Shown: positions 28,305-38,161 of the stretch, one piece after another
Position numbering within the stretch: the stretch's first letter is position 1
How the letters are laid out: the number at the start of each line of letters is the position of its first letter
Assembly: GCA_043811375.1 (NCBI GenBank)
Contig: JBDRNJ010000068.1
Span: forward strand, 18,936 to 82,935
DNA: 64,000 bases
Direction: 5' to 3'
DNA from: a bacterium
GTDB taxonomy: Bacteria > Zixibacteria > MSB-5A5 > GN15 > FEB-12
Notes under the pieces: generated by a model
What the model was told of the DNA's origin: nothing
What the model saw: only the letters and a program-made list of their open reading frames with translations
The model's database searches: none
Position numbers and translations under genes: made by a program

Positions 28305-28697
28305 ATGAATCAATCGCAGGAAAAACTTGACCCGCATCTGTTGCAATTGGTGTTGTCGCTGCAGGCCGGCGCCATGCAGCAGTTGGGAAAAATCGCTTCG
28401 CCGATCTCAGGCAAGATCGAGCGCAACCTGGAAATGGCTCGGCATACAATCGACATGCTTGATATGCTGAACGGTAAAATGGACGGCAATCTGACCGAGC
28501 AGGAACAACAGTTAATTCAGCACGCTCTTTACGAACTCCGCATGAACTTCGTCGAAGAGTCCGGGAAAGACACAGATGGCGAGCAATCCAAAGACAGCGA
28601 CGATGAGCAACCGCAGCCGTCTGATAATCAATCGGAACCGGTTACAGAGCAAGAAGAACCCGGCGAATCTGAATTAGACCGGCCCGGACAGGAGTAG
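28305..28697 (+). CDS. DUF1844 domain protein
   Basis: QLGKIASPISG..NLEMARHTIDMLDML..K..GNL..E..L...LYELRMNFV, with an acidic tail. Confidence 0.85.
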   Translation: MNQSQEKLDPHLLQLVLSLQAGAMQQLGKIASPISGKIERNLEMARHTIDMLDMLNGKMDGNLTEQEQQLIQHALYELRMNFVEESGKDTDGEQSKDSDDEQPQPSDNQSEPVTEQEEPGESELDRPGQE

Positions 28698-28824
28698 TGG
28701 CCCGGCGGTTGGCCTTTTTGTCGGTGAACGATGTATAAGAAAGTGGGCAGGTTTGCCCCGGCTGCAGATCAGATATCGCCGTATATCCTTGATTGTGGCG
28801 GCGTTTCGACCTATATTATAGCGA

Positions 28825-29778
28825 ATGAAGGTGACTGAGAGGCACGCTGTCAACCAGGAGAAGATAAAACAGGTACTTTCCGCTCGATTGGGACCGGCTG
28901 TCGAGTTTGATCGCGAGTTGGCCGAATTCACCAGTTTCCGGACCGGCGGTCCGGCCGGCTATTTCTATACCGCGGCCGGTGTCGATGATGTAATACGGGC
29001 GGTTCGGGTGGCGTCAGAGTTGAATCTGCCCCGGTTCATTTTGGGCGGCGGTACCAACCTGCTGGTGTCGGACAAGGGGTACGGCGGTTTGGTTATCAGG
29101 GTCGATATCCGCGGCCTTGATCTGGTCGATGACCTTCAGATTGACTGCGGCGCCGGTGAACCGCTATCGGCGCTGGTAGAATATGTCGCAGCAAAGTCGT
29201 TGAGCGGCCTGGAATTCGCGGCCGGTATCTGGGGTACTGCAGGTGGCGCCGTGTGCGGCAACGCCGGGGCTTATGGCGGCGATATCGGTTCGACAATTGT
29301 CAGGGTGACCCTGATCGACCCGCAAGGTGAACTAAAAGAAGTGACGGCAGATTACTGCCGGTTCGACTATCGAGATTCCCGCCTGAAAAGTAGTGGCGAC
29401 GTGATAATCGAGGCACGCCTGAAACTTAAAAAAGGAGATCCGGTAAAGATACGCAGTCGGATGGAGGAGATTATGACCCAGCGGCGGAACAGGCACCCGG
29501 TAGAGGGCCGTTCGGCCGGCTGTTTTTTTAAGAACATAATCGATCCCGACAATCCGGATGAAAAGATTCCGGCCGGCCGGTTGCTGGATGAGACCGGCGC
29601 CAAGGAAATATCGGTCGGTGATGCCAGAGTGTTTGCCGAACATGCCAATATCATAGTCAATGCCGGCGCCGCCACATCCGGGGATATCCGGGCTTTGGCC
29701 GATCTGCTGGCCGAGAAAGTCTACCGAAAATTCGGCGTCAGACTGCAACCGGAAGTAGTACATCTGGGTGAGTTTTGA
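28825..29778 (+). CDS. murB: UDP-N-acetylenolpyruvoylglucosamine reductase
   Basis: TSFRTGGPA, LGGGTNLLV, GNAGAYG, SAGCFFKN, HANIIVN, LQPEV. Confidence 0.96.
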   Translation: MKVTERHAVNQEKIKQVLSARLGPAVEFDRELAEFTSFRTGGPAGYFYTAAGVDDVIRAVRVASELNLPRFILGGGTNLLVSDKGYGGLVIRVDIRGLDLVDDLQIDCGAGEPLSALVEYVAAKSLSGLEFAAGIWGTAGGAVCGNAGAYGGDIGSTIVRVTLIDPQGELKEVTADYCRFDYRDSRLKSSGDVIIEARLKLKKGDPVKIRSRMEEIMTQRRNRHPVEGRSAGCFFKNIIDPDNPDEKIPAGRLLDETGAKEISVGDARVFAEHANIIVNAGAATSGDIRALADLLAEKVYRKFGVRLQPEVVHLGEF

Positions 29779-29812
29779 GCGAAGGGAGGATGCTTATTGA
29801 AACGTTTCTAAT

Positions 29813-32800
29813 GTGCTAAAAAAACCGATACTAACTAATACTGTGAGTGCCTCACTGCGACAACTCGTATGGGTTGCTGTCGTCGGCTTGTTGATAGCCC
29901 GAGTTATGGTGTGCCCGACATCAGCGGCAACCCGTTATACCGGCTACCTGCAGTCACCGCCGTCACCCGTTGCCGCGTACGATATCTCTCCGTACCGGCC
30001 CAATGTGTCTCTGTCACTGCGGGCTCCTCAGTTGTACGGCTACAGCCTGCAAAGCAAGTTGGATTTTGTCAGATCCAACCATATCACCACAGCCCTGACC
30101 TTTAATTCGTTTTACTATCGCCACGGACAACTGAAAAAGTGGCTTATTCCGGTAACTGTGAACGCCCCGCAGTATCTGGCTTTCCGCAAGTCAAAGCGAG
30201 TCGATGAGAAATTCTCGCAATCATTGACCGGCGCCATCGCCAATCCGGGACAGGCCGCCGGACGTGCCGGTCTGGGTCTTTCGGTCGGTCTGCCCAAGCG
30301 GCTAAACCGGATTTTTGGCGAAGGCGGCGCCGGGTTGCGGGTATCAGGGTATCGCCGCATTATGTTTTCCGGTCGTTCCCAGTGGAGCGATGCCGCCCAA
30401 TCGGATACTTACCAGCAAAGTAAGTTTCCCTCACTGAACATGGACCAGTCCTACCGGTTTGATATCAATGGTACTATCGGCACCAAGATTTCAGTGAAAG
30501 TGTCCGAGGATTCCAAGCAGGATATTCCCCTGGCCAACCGCTTGATAATCCGCTACAAGGGTGACGAGGATGACGTGCTCAAGTCAATTGAGGCCGGCAA
30601 CACCAACCTGTCCTTACCGCGAACCAAATTCGTCGGCTACTCGTCCAACATCCGTGGTCTCTTCGGGCTCAAGACGGAAGCCCAGGTCGGTAAACTGAGA
30701 CTGATCGCTATCGCCTCGCAGGAGCAGGGATCGTCGGAGCAGGTGTCGATTACTCCCACCGGGGAAGAAAGTGCTGAGCGCTTCCGTGACTACAACTACG
30801 TTAAGGCTCGCATCTTTGACCTCGGAGACTCGGCGGCTTTCAGTGAAGGCGACTCGGTAATCAGCTTGTTTGCTTACGAGGTGGTGAGCACGCTCAATTC
30901 GGACGACGTCTTGCTTCCGGCCTGGCTGGTGGTTGATCCTGGTGACACCACGAAGTACCTTGACGAAGATGTGGATTACAGGTCCAGCACGGAGTCCGGT
31001 GCCAAATTGATCGACCAGGCCACCTATACTTTCTACAGCTTCCCTGATCGCAACCAGCACTATGTCGTCTTCAGCGGATCTCGTATCAAATCGGTTGGGG
31101 TTTACATGAGGGTATTGCATTCAGACGGTTCAGAAAGTACCGTGGGCGACATCTCCGGCGAATCACTATTGCTGAAGCTGTTGTACCACCAGGACCCCAG
31201 TCCGCAGTATCATACCTGGGGTTTGATGTGGCGTAACTGCTACCCGATTCCGCGTGGTGTAACGGCTGACGATATTGAGATCAGAGTGTTTAAGGGTTCC
31301 TCCGGGAATGAGGGGACGTCATCCAGTTTTGACTACCAGGAGCTGGAGGGTCGCACACAAAAATACCTTGAGATTCTGGGATTGGATCAGTACAACGAGC
31401 GCGATGACAAATTGGCCGACGGCAAGTTTGATGAACGCCTGGAAGTCTTTCGACCGGAGTGGGGGCTGATAATATTCCCGCACCGCAGACCGTTCGCAGC
31501 CGATACGTTCTATGTCGACGCCAACGGTAAAACCACTGACACTCTGGCAGAAAAGACACCCGATATCTACGACTACACTTCAGGTACTGACCAGGGTCAG
31601 GCCACCATGTATTATGTCCAACTGGTTACGCGGGCACGCAGTTCGACTATCCGGCTGGGGCACGCCAATATCATTGAAGGATCGGAACGGGTTACGGTCA
31701 ACGGCCGAGTAATGCAGCGCGGCAAAGACTACAACATCAAGTACGACTTCGGCCAGTTGACACTGACGTCGGACGAAGCTATGGATCCCAACGCCGATAT
31801 CAACGTTCAGTTTGAATATGCCCCTTTCCTGGCGCTACAGAAAAAGACGCTGCTGGGCATGCGAGCGGAATATATCTACAACAAGGATCTGGATTTCGGC
31901 GCCACCATGCTTTACAAGTCAGATAAGGCCCAGGAGCGAAAACCACGGGTGGGACAGGAAACCTCGCGGGCAGTCATCTATGACCTTGACGGTTCCTGGC
32001 GAACGCAGACCAATTTCCTGACATCGCTGGCCGACGCTTTGCCGCTGGTGGAAACCGAGACGCCCTCCAGCTTCCGCATAGAGGGTGAAATAGCGCAGTC
32101 ACATCCTAACCCCAACGTCGAAGGCAAGGCTTATGTGGATGATTTCGAAGCCGCCCAGGAACAGCTCTCGCTGGGGACCCAGCGAACGACCTGGAAGCAC
32201 GCCTCCAAACCGTTTGATATGCAGGCTGGCTTCAACAAGGGCAAGCTTCTCTGGCACGCCCCTCGCGACCGCCGCAACGTGACCGAGGTATGGGACGTTG
32301 ATCCCAAGCAGGGCGAAGGCAGTATCTTTACTATGCGCATGATATTCCGTCCCCAACCCGACAGTGCCGGCGACCCGAGCTGGGCCGGAGTCATGCGCGG
32401 CTTTGCCGGCCGAATTGACGCCGAACGAGTGCAGCACCTGGAAATCCGCGCCCGCGTCAGTGAAAGCGCTCGAGGTAAATTACACATCGATGTCGGCAGC
32501 ATCAGTGAGGATGTCGATAACGACGGCAACGCCGATACGGAGGATAACATCTTCCGCAACGGGACGCTGGACGTGGAAGAGGATGTCGGCCTGGACGGTC
32601 TGGCTGACGTGTTCGAAGACGGGTATGACACGGACACGCTGCCCGATCCCAACGACGACAACTGGTTTTTCCTGGGTGACGGCACGTGCCCGTTACCGGA
32701 CAACCAATGTAACAACGTCAACTGGGACGATGAGTCGGTCCGTTACGAATGGCTCAACGGCACCGAGGGTAATCGCGACGATCCCGGTTGGATCGGTATC

Positions 32801-35800
32801 CCCGACGAAGAAACACTAAACAGGATGCGCGGTTTCAATAACATCAACTCATATTTCTCCTACGTCATCGACTTCGATGACATCGAACAGTTTCGGGTCG
32901 AGGGCTCGAATAAATACGATTGGTGGACCTATCGCATCCCCATCAAGGATCCGCTGGTGACTGATACGGCCCGGGAGGGCGACATAGAGCCGATGTGGAA
33001 CGAAGTCAGCCACGTGCGGGTCTGGTTTGAGTCGGAACCGTTCCAGGAGGTCCACGATACGTTAGAGATAGCAGCCTGGTATTTCGTGCAGTCGAACTGG
33101 CGGGATACCATCACCTGCAACGGGGAACCGGACTGTGGCACCAACTTCGAGGTGGCTTCGATAAGTGAGCAGGACCGCACTTTCTCACCGCCGCCGGGTG
33201 TGGAGCCGTTTAAGGATCCCAATTACAACGTGGTGGAAGCACAGCGCGGGCTGCTGTTGAAGTTCGAGGGTTTTACCCCCGAAGACACCTGCCTGGCCGT
33301 CAAGAAGCTCATTACCGTCGACAAGTACTCCGGTTACCGCCGTCTGGAGATGTATGTGTACGGTGAGGACGTTGCAGCGATCCAAAATGAACAGGTGATG
33401 TTTGTTTTGCGTGTCGGCAGCAACGCCGACAACTTCTACGAGCAACGGCGGATCATTAAGCCGGGCTGGCACGAAGGAAACCATATCAATTTCGACTTCA
33501 ACGATGTGACGGGACTGAAAGACGCCGCCCTGCGCGATCGATCGCGACAGGAGTATTCTTCTATCGACACCACCAGCGCCGATGGAGTTTATCGTGTTCG
33601 GGGCAACCCCAATATCAACGACGTGAAGTACTTCGCGGCCGGTGTGATCAACCGGTCGGAGGCGGCCGGTATCACCGATCCGTCTCAACAGGTGATAGAT
33701 GGAGAAATCTGGCTGGACGAGCTGCGCGTTACCGAGGTTCGCCGCGATGTCGGCACGGCGGCGCGCGTATCGTGCGGCGGCACGGTGGCCGATCTGATGA
33801 GTTACAGTTTCTCTTATGATTACAAAGACGCCTATTTTCGCGGTCTCTCTTCGGCAACGCGTGGCGGCTCCAACAATAACCTGGGCAGTGGCAGCAACTC
33901 CACTAACATAGGCTACAACGGCCGGCTGAGTCTGCACCTGTTTCTGCCGAAATCATGGGGAGCCAACATCCCGTTGAGTTATTCTCACTCCAAGTCGGTG
34001 ACGACGCCTTTGTTGCGCACGAGTTCCGACATCGTGCTGCCGGAGGAAATTCGCAAGGAAGAGCAATCCATCTCCGAGTCAAACAGCATCAGAATTTCGG
34101 AATCGTTCAACCGGCAGGGCAAAAATCCGCTGTTTAACCTGCTGCTGAATCGGTTGAAGACAGATTTGAATTACAGCCGGGGAACACAGAAATCAGTGAA
34201 CCGGCCGTACGGTTTATCCGAAAGTTACCAAGTCGGCTCCAGTTTCAACCTGGGTGTTAAAAAGCCGCCAACACTGCCTCTGTTTTTCTGGACCAAACCG
34301 TTGCCGATCCTGAAGCGGGTATCGGGCTCGCGGCTGGGGCTGTACCCCAGCAATTGGACCGTCAACGGCACCTACAACCGGCAACTGTCGATTAGCGACG
34401 ATATCAACTACAATCGTCTCTCCACACTCAAGCGGGACTTCTCCGGACGGATGAACATAAGCTACAATATTTTCGACAACATGGATGCCAGCCTCGATCT
34501 CAGGACCACTCGGGACTTGAGTAATCCCGATGAGGTAAACGTCTCTCTCAACAACTTCCGGCTGGGTATCGAGACACAGTTCAATCAGTCTTTCAGTATG
34601 GGGTACAGTCCGAACCTGGTGAGTTTCTTCGGTACCGCCTTTTCCTACGGTGCCAACTACTCCGACAACTATTCCCGTTCGTCCAAATCGCGGCAGTCGC
34701 GCATGACTCGCAAGTGGAGCGTCAGCGGCAAGTTTGAGCACCTTAAGTTCCTGAAACCGGAAAGCTGGATTAGTTCGGGTGCCGGTGACAGCAAAGGTAG
34801 CGACCGGCGACGAAAGGGAACTGAGGACGCAGGCGACAAACCGGGCCGACCGTTTTACGACCCGCCATTGGCGGTGTTGCGCTTCCTTACCGGCTGGATA
34901 AATCCGATCGCGTACAATTTCTCGGAAGGCTACAATGCTTCGTTACCCGGTATGCTCCAGCGGCCGGAATGGAAATACCGTTTTGGCGTTGAGCGCGAAA
35001 CGACCGTGCCGACTGTTTCAGAGGGACGCGCCATCAGTTCCGGCGAGGATCAAGCGTACGGTCTTTCCTCAGGTTTCCGTGTCCTGGGAGGGATTGGCAC
35101 CACCGTGAAGTTCAGCCGATCCATCAGTCGGGATATCGTCAAACAGGGCTCACGCTATGAACACGTGTCCACTTCCTGGCCGGATCTCCAGATTCGCATC
35201 AGTAAGTTCGAGAAACTGCCCCTTATCAAACCGGTCGTGAACAAGTTCATTGATGTTTTCTCGCCCCGGACCGGCTATGGCCGTCAGACCAAGGAAGAGT
35301 ATGATATCGATGGCGGTTTTCTCAGGAGCCGGTCCGTCAGCATCAATCACAGTCCGCTGTTGGCGCTGAACTTCAATCTGGTGCGATCATTGTCGTTGTC
35401 CGGAACCTACACGCTGTCCAGGGACAACGCTGAGAAATACAGTCCGGCCACCGGCGCTTTCCAGTCGGAAACGCGTGGTGAGCGGCGGGCTATCAGTTTG
35501 TCGACCAAATACTCTTTCTCGGCGCCGAGCGGTTTCTCGGTGCCGATACTGGGTAAGATTCGTTTTCGCTCCACCATGAGCATCACCGTTGACGTTAAGA
35601 AATCCAAAAGTCTCAATGAAACCAAAAGGGCCGGTGAAGGCTGGGTGATATCGACCGACAAGTCTGATTTCTCGGTCAATACCAATATAGCCTACACTTT
35701 CAGTCAACAGATCAAGGGTGGCCTCAGAGGCGGATGGCAGGATTCGGCTGATAACTTCAGAAACCGAAACAATCATGTCCGACAGCTTGAAATCTGGGCT

Positions 35801-35815
35801 GAGATTCGCTTCTAA
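29813..35815 (+). CDS. sprA: T9SS outer-membrane translocon SprA/Sov
   Basis: 2000 aa; FGEGG, IRYKGDEDDVLKSIEAGNTNL, LFGLKTEAQVG, GSERVTVNGR...GKDYNIKYDFGQL, YVDDFE, EIWLDELR, terminal EIRF. Confidence 0.92.
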   Translation: MLKKPILTNTVSASLRQLVWVAVVGLLIARVMVCPTSAATRYTGYLQSPPSPVAAYDISPYRPNVSLSLRAPQLYGYSLQSKLDFVRSNHITTALTFNSFYYRHGQLKKWLIPVTVNAPQYLAFRKSKRVDEKFSQSLTGAIANPGQAAGRAGLGLSVGLPKRLNRIFGEGGAGLRVSGYRRIMFSGRSQWSDAAQSDTYQQSKFPSLNMDQSYRFDINGTIGTKISVKVSEDSKQDIPLANRLIIRYKGDEDDVLKSIEAGNTNLSLPRTKFVGYSSNIRGLFGLKTEAQVGKLRLIAIASQEQGSSEQVSITPTGEESAERFRDYNYVKARIFDLGDSAAFSEGDSVISLFAYEVVSTLNSDDVLLPAWLVVDPGDTTKYLDEDVDYRSSTESGAKLIDQATYTFYSFPDRNQHYVVFSGSRIKSVGVYMRVLHSDGSESTVGDISGESLLLKLLYHQDPSPQYHTWGLMWRNCYPIPRGVTADDIEIRVFKGSSGNEGTSSSFDYQELEGRTQKYLEILGLDQYNERDDKLADGKFDERLEVFRPEWGLIIFPHRRPFAADTFYVDANGKTTDTLAEKTPDIYDYTSGTDQGQATMYYVQLVTRARSSTIRLGHANIIEGSERVTVNGRVMQRGKDYNIKYDFGQLTLTSDEAMDPNADINVQFEYAPFLALQKKTLLGMRAEYIYNKDLDFGATMLYKSDKAQERKPRVGQETSRAVIYDLDGSWRTQTNFLTSLADALPLVETETPSSFRIEGEIAQSHPNPNVEGKAYVDDFEAAQEQLSLGTQRTTWKHASKPFDMQAGFNKGKLLWHAPRDRRNVTEVWDVDPKQGEGSIFTMRMIFRPQPDSAGDPSWAGVMRGFAGRIDAERVQHLEIRARVSESARGKLHIDVGSISEDVDNDGNADTEDNIFRNGTLDVEEDVGLDGLADVFEDGYDTDTLPDPNDDNWFFLGDGTCPLPDNQCNNVNWDDESVRYEWLNGTEGNRDDPGWIGIPDEETLNRMRGFNNINSYFSYVIDFDDIEQFRVEGSNKYDWWTYRIPIKDPLVTDTAREGDIEPMWNEVSHVRVWFESEPFQEVHDTLEIAAWYFVQSNWRDTITCNGEPDCGTNFEVASISEQDRTFSPPPGVEPFKDPNYNVVEAQRGLLLKFEGFTPEDTCLAVKKLITVDKYSGYRRLEMYVYGEDVAAIQNEQVMFVLRVGSNADNFYEQRRIIKPGWHEGNHINFDFNDVTGLKDAALRDRSRQEYSSIDTTSADGVYRVRGNPNINDVKYFAAGVINRSEAAGITDPSQQVIDGEIWLDELRVTEVRRDVGTAARVSCGGTVADLMSYSFSYDYKDAYFRGLSSATRGGSNNNLGSGSNSTNIGYNGRLSLHLFLPKSWGANIPLSYSHSKSVTTPLLRTSSDIVLPEEIRKEEQSISESNSIRISESFNRQGKNPLFNLLLNRLKTDLNYSRGTQKSVNRPYGLSESYQVGSSFNLGVKKPPTLPLFFWTKPLPILKRVSGSRLGLYPSNWTVNGTYNRQLSISDDINYNRLSTLKRDFSGRMNISYNIFDNMDASLDLRTTRDLSNPDEVNVSLNNFRLGIETQFNQSFSMGYSPNLVSFFGTAFSYGANYSDNYSRSSKSRQSRMTRKWSVSGKFEHLKFLKPESWISSGAGDSKGSDRRRKGTEDAGDKPGRPFYDPPLAVLRFLTGWINPIAYNFSEGYNASLPGMLQRPEWKYRFGVERETTVPTVSEGRAISSGEDQAYGLSSGFRVLGGIGTTVKFSRSISRDIVKQGSRYEHVSTSWPDLQIRISKFEKLPLIKPVVNKFIDVFSPRTGYGRQTKEEYDIDGGFLRSRSVSINHSPLLALNFNLVRSLSLSGTYTLSRDNAEKYSPATGAFQSETRGERRAISLSTKYSFSAPSGFSVPILGKIRFRSTMSITVDVKKSKSLNETKRAGEGWVISTDKSDFSVNTNIAYTFSQQIKGGLRGGWQDSADNFRNRNNHVRQLEIWAEIRF

Positions 35816-35861
35816 GTGTTTTTCCATTGACAGTCAACGAACGTCCACAGTAATTAACGGT

Positions 35862-36788
35862 ATGATCTGTCGTGGTATAGTGCCGGCATTGATACTGACG
35901 CTGCTGGTTTGTTGTGGGAGTTCCCAGGAACCGCCACCGGCATTTAATGGCGAGAGATCTTTTGATTACCTGGTCCAACAGGTTGCCCTGGGACCACGGG
36001 TGCCGGGGACAAGGGCTTCGGTTGAATGCCGGGACTTGTTTGTACGCCACTTTGGGAATCTGGGGGCCGAGGTCGACTCACAGGTATTTTCCTTTTTTGA
36101 TCCCTATTCTCAAACCACCATTCCGCTGGTTAATGTAATAGCTAAATTCAGCGGATCCGATCGAAAGGCTGATCGCATTATTCTGGTGGCTCACTACGAC
36201 AGCCGCCCACGAACTGATTACGCCCATGACCCGGCGCTGAGAGAGGAGCCGATAGACGGCGCCAACGATGGCGCCTCGGGAACGGCGATTCTGATGGAAT
36301 TGGGTAATCTCTTTGCCCGGCGGGCACCGCCGATAAATGTCGATCTGGTGATGGTAGACGGTGAGGACTGGGGTCGGGAGGGCGACCACGAATACTACCT
36401 GCTGGGGTCGCGCGAACTGGCCCGCCGCGGCGTGCGGGGCAGGTACCTCTTCGGTATTGTTATCGACATGGTGGGTGACTCATCGCAACAGATTTTTCGG
36501 GAGGGTTATTCGGAGAGATTCTGCTATTCTCTTAATGATGCTGTCTGGAGCGCCGCGGCTCGTTTGAACATTACTACTTTCCATGACTCAGTCGTTTATA
36601 CGGTATTGGACGATCACCTGCCCCTGATAGCTGCCGGCGTGCCGACTATCGACATTATTGATTTCGACTATCCCTATTGGCACACCGAATTTGATACGCC
36701 TGACAAGTGTTCACCGACGGCACTATCCAATGTCGGACTAGTGCTGGTGGAACTGATCTATGATCCGACGCTATGGCCCGAAACGTGA
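35862..36788 (+). CDS. M28-family lipoprotein, glutaminyl cyclase-like
   Basis: Lipobox LVCC/CG; AHYDSRP, GANDGASG, DGEDWG, DMVGD, DDHLPL, DFDYPYWHT. Confidence 0.85.
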   Translation: MICRGIVPALILTLLVCCGSSQEPPPAFNGERSFDYLVQQVALGPRVPGTRASVECRDLFVRHFGNLGAEVDSQVFSFFDPYSQTTIPLVNVIAKFSGSDRKADRIILVAHYDSRPRTDYAHDPALREEPIDGANDGASGTAILMELGNLFARRAPPINVDLVMVDGEDWGREGDHEYYLLGSRELARRGVRGRYLFGIVIDMVGDSSQQIFREGYSERFCYSLNDAVWSAAARLNITTFHDSVVYTVLDDHLPLIAAGVPTIDIIDFDYPYWHTEFDTPDKCSPTALSNVGLVLVELIYDPTLWPET

Positions 36789-38161
36789 TAAAAAAGCTGC
36801 GAGAGTTCCCGGCTGTCGAGGAGTTGCTGCAACACCGACAACTGCGCTCCGGCGTGGAGGCGATTCCGCGACCGCTGGCGGTACAAATCGTCAGAGAGGT
36901 AGTCGCCCGCCACAAAGAAATGTTGCGCCGCAAGTCGGAGACGGTGTCTCTAAGCCGAATGCGTCAGGAAATCATGACGGCGCTCACAACCGCCCGGCGG
37001 GTGGGAACCTGCCGGGTAATCAATGCCACCGGCATCATTGTGCACACCAACCTGGGTCGGGCGCCCCTGTCGGAGGCGTTTTTCGAGTCTGTCCGGGAAG
37101 TCCTGAGTGGTTACGGCAACATTGAGTTTGATCTGAACCGTGGAACCCGGGGTGGACGGGGCGCTGCCTGTGAACGGTATCTGTCGCTCCTGGCCGGCAC
37201 CGAAAGCGCCGCCATCGTCAACAACTGTGCCGCCGCCCTGCTGCTGATTCTCAACAGCCTGGCCAATCGTAAACAGGTGATTGTCTCGCGGGGTGAATTG
37301 GTGCAAATCGGCGGTGGCTTTCGTATCCCGGATATCCTCAGGAAGTCCGGCGCCAGGTTACACGAAGTAGGCACCACCAATATAACTACCATCGCCGATT
37401 ATGAGGATGTTGTCGATGAGAAGACCGGACTTATTCTGAAAGTACACCAGAGCAATTTTGTGCAGGCCGGTTTCACCGGCAAAGTATCGGTGAAGGAACT
37501 GGTGAAGCTCGGCGCCGGGTACGACTTGACGGTTGTCAACGATCTCGGCAGCGGCGTCTTTGTCAACACCGGAAAGATCATAGGCTACTCGGAGCCGACC
37601 GTGCAGCAGTCGGTGCGAGACGGCGCCGACCTGACCTGCTTCTCCGGCGACAAGATGCTCGGCGGCGTTCAGGCCGGGTTGATTGTGGGACGGGCGTCAC
37701 TTATCAAAAAAATAAAGCGCAACCCCCTCTTTCGCACGGTGCGTGTCGACAAGGTGGTGTTGGCGCTGATGGAAAAGTTACTGACCAGTTACTTAAACGG
37801 TACCTGGCAGACGGAGATCAAACTCTGGGCACTGTTGTCCCTGCCGGAGTCGGAGTTGTACCGCCGGGGTCGACGGCTGTTGAAGCAATTAGGCCATCCG
37901 GCGGGACTATCCGTAGAAGCCACCCGGGGCTTTGTCGGCGGCGGTGCCCTGCCGGAGTCCGGAATCGCGTCGGTAGGTCTCGTATTTGGCCCGCCGCATC
38001 GAGCCACTTCTTTAATGCGTCGTTTCCGGATGATGAATCCGCCTGTCATCGGCCGCATCGATGATGATTGTTTTATCCTCGATCTGAGAGCAGTGGCGGA
38101 AGACCAACTTCTACTGCTCAAAGACAGTGTGGCTGAAGCGATCGGACCGCAGAAAAAATGA
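36773..38161 (+). CDS. selA: L-seryl-tRNA(Sec) selenium transferase
   Basis: VINATGIIVHTNLGRAPL, SRGELVQIGGGFRIPD, EVGTTN, FSGDKMLGG. Confidence 0.97.
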   Translation: MARNVIKKLREFPAVEELLQHRQLRSGVEAIPRPLAVQIVREVVARHKEMLRRKSETVSLSRMRQEIMTALTTARRVGTCRVINATGIIVHTNLGRAPLSEAFFESVREVLSGYGNIEFDLNRGTRGGRGAACERYLSLLAGTESAAIVNNCAAALLLILNSLANRKQVIVSRGELVQIGGGFRIPDILRKSGARLHEVGTTNITTIADYEDVVDEKTGLILKVHQSNFVQAGFTGKVSVKELVKLGAGYDLTVVNDLGSGVFVNTGKIIGYSEPTVQQSVRDGADLTCFSGDKMLGGVQAGLIVGRASLIKKIKRNPLFRTVRVDKVVLALMEKLLTSYLNGTWQTEIKLWALLSLPESELYRRGRRLLKQLGHPAGLSVEATRGFVGGGALPESGIASVGLVFGPPHRATSLMRRFRMMNPPVIGRIDDDCFILDLRAVAEDQLLLLKDSVAEAIGPQKK

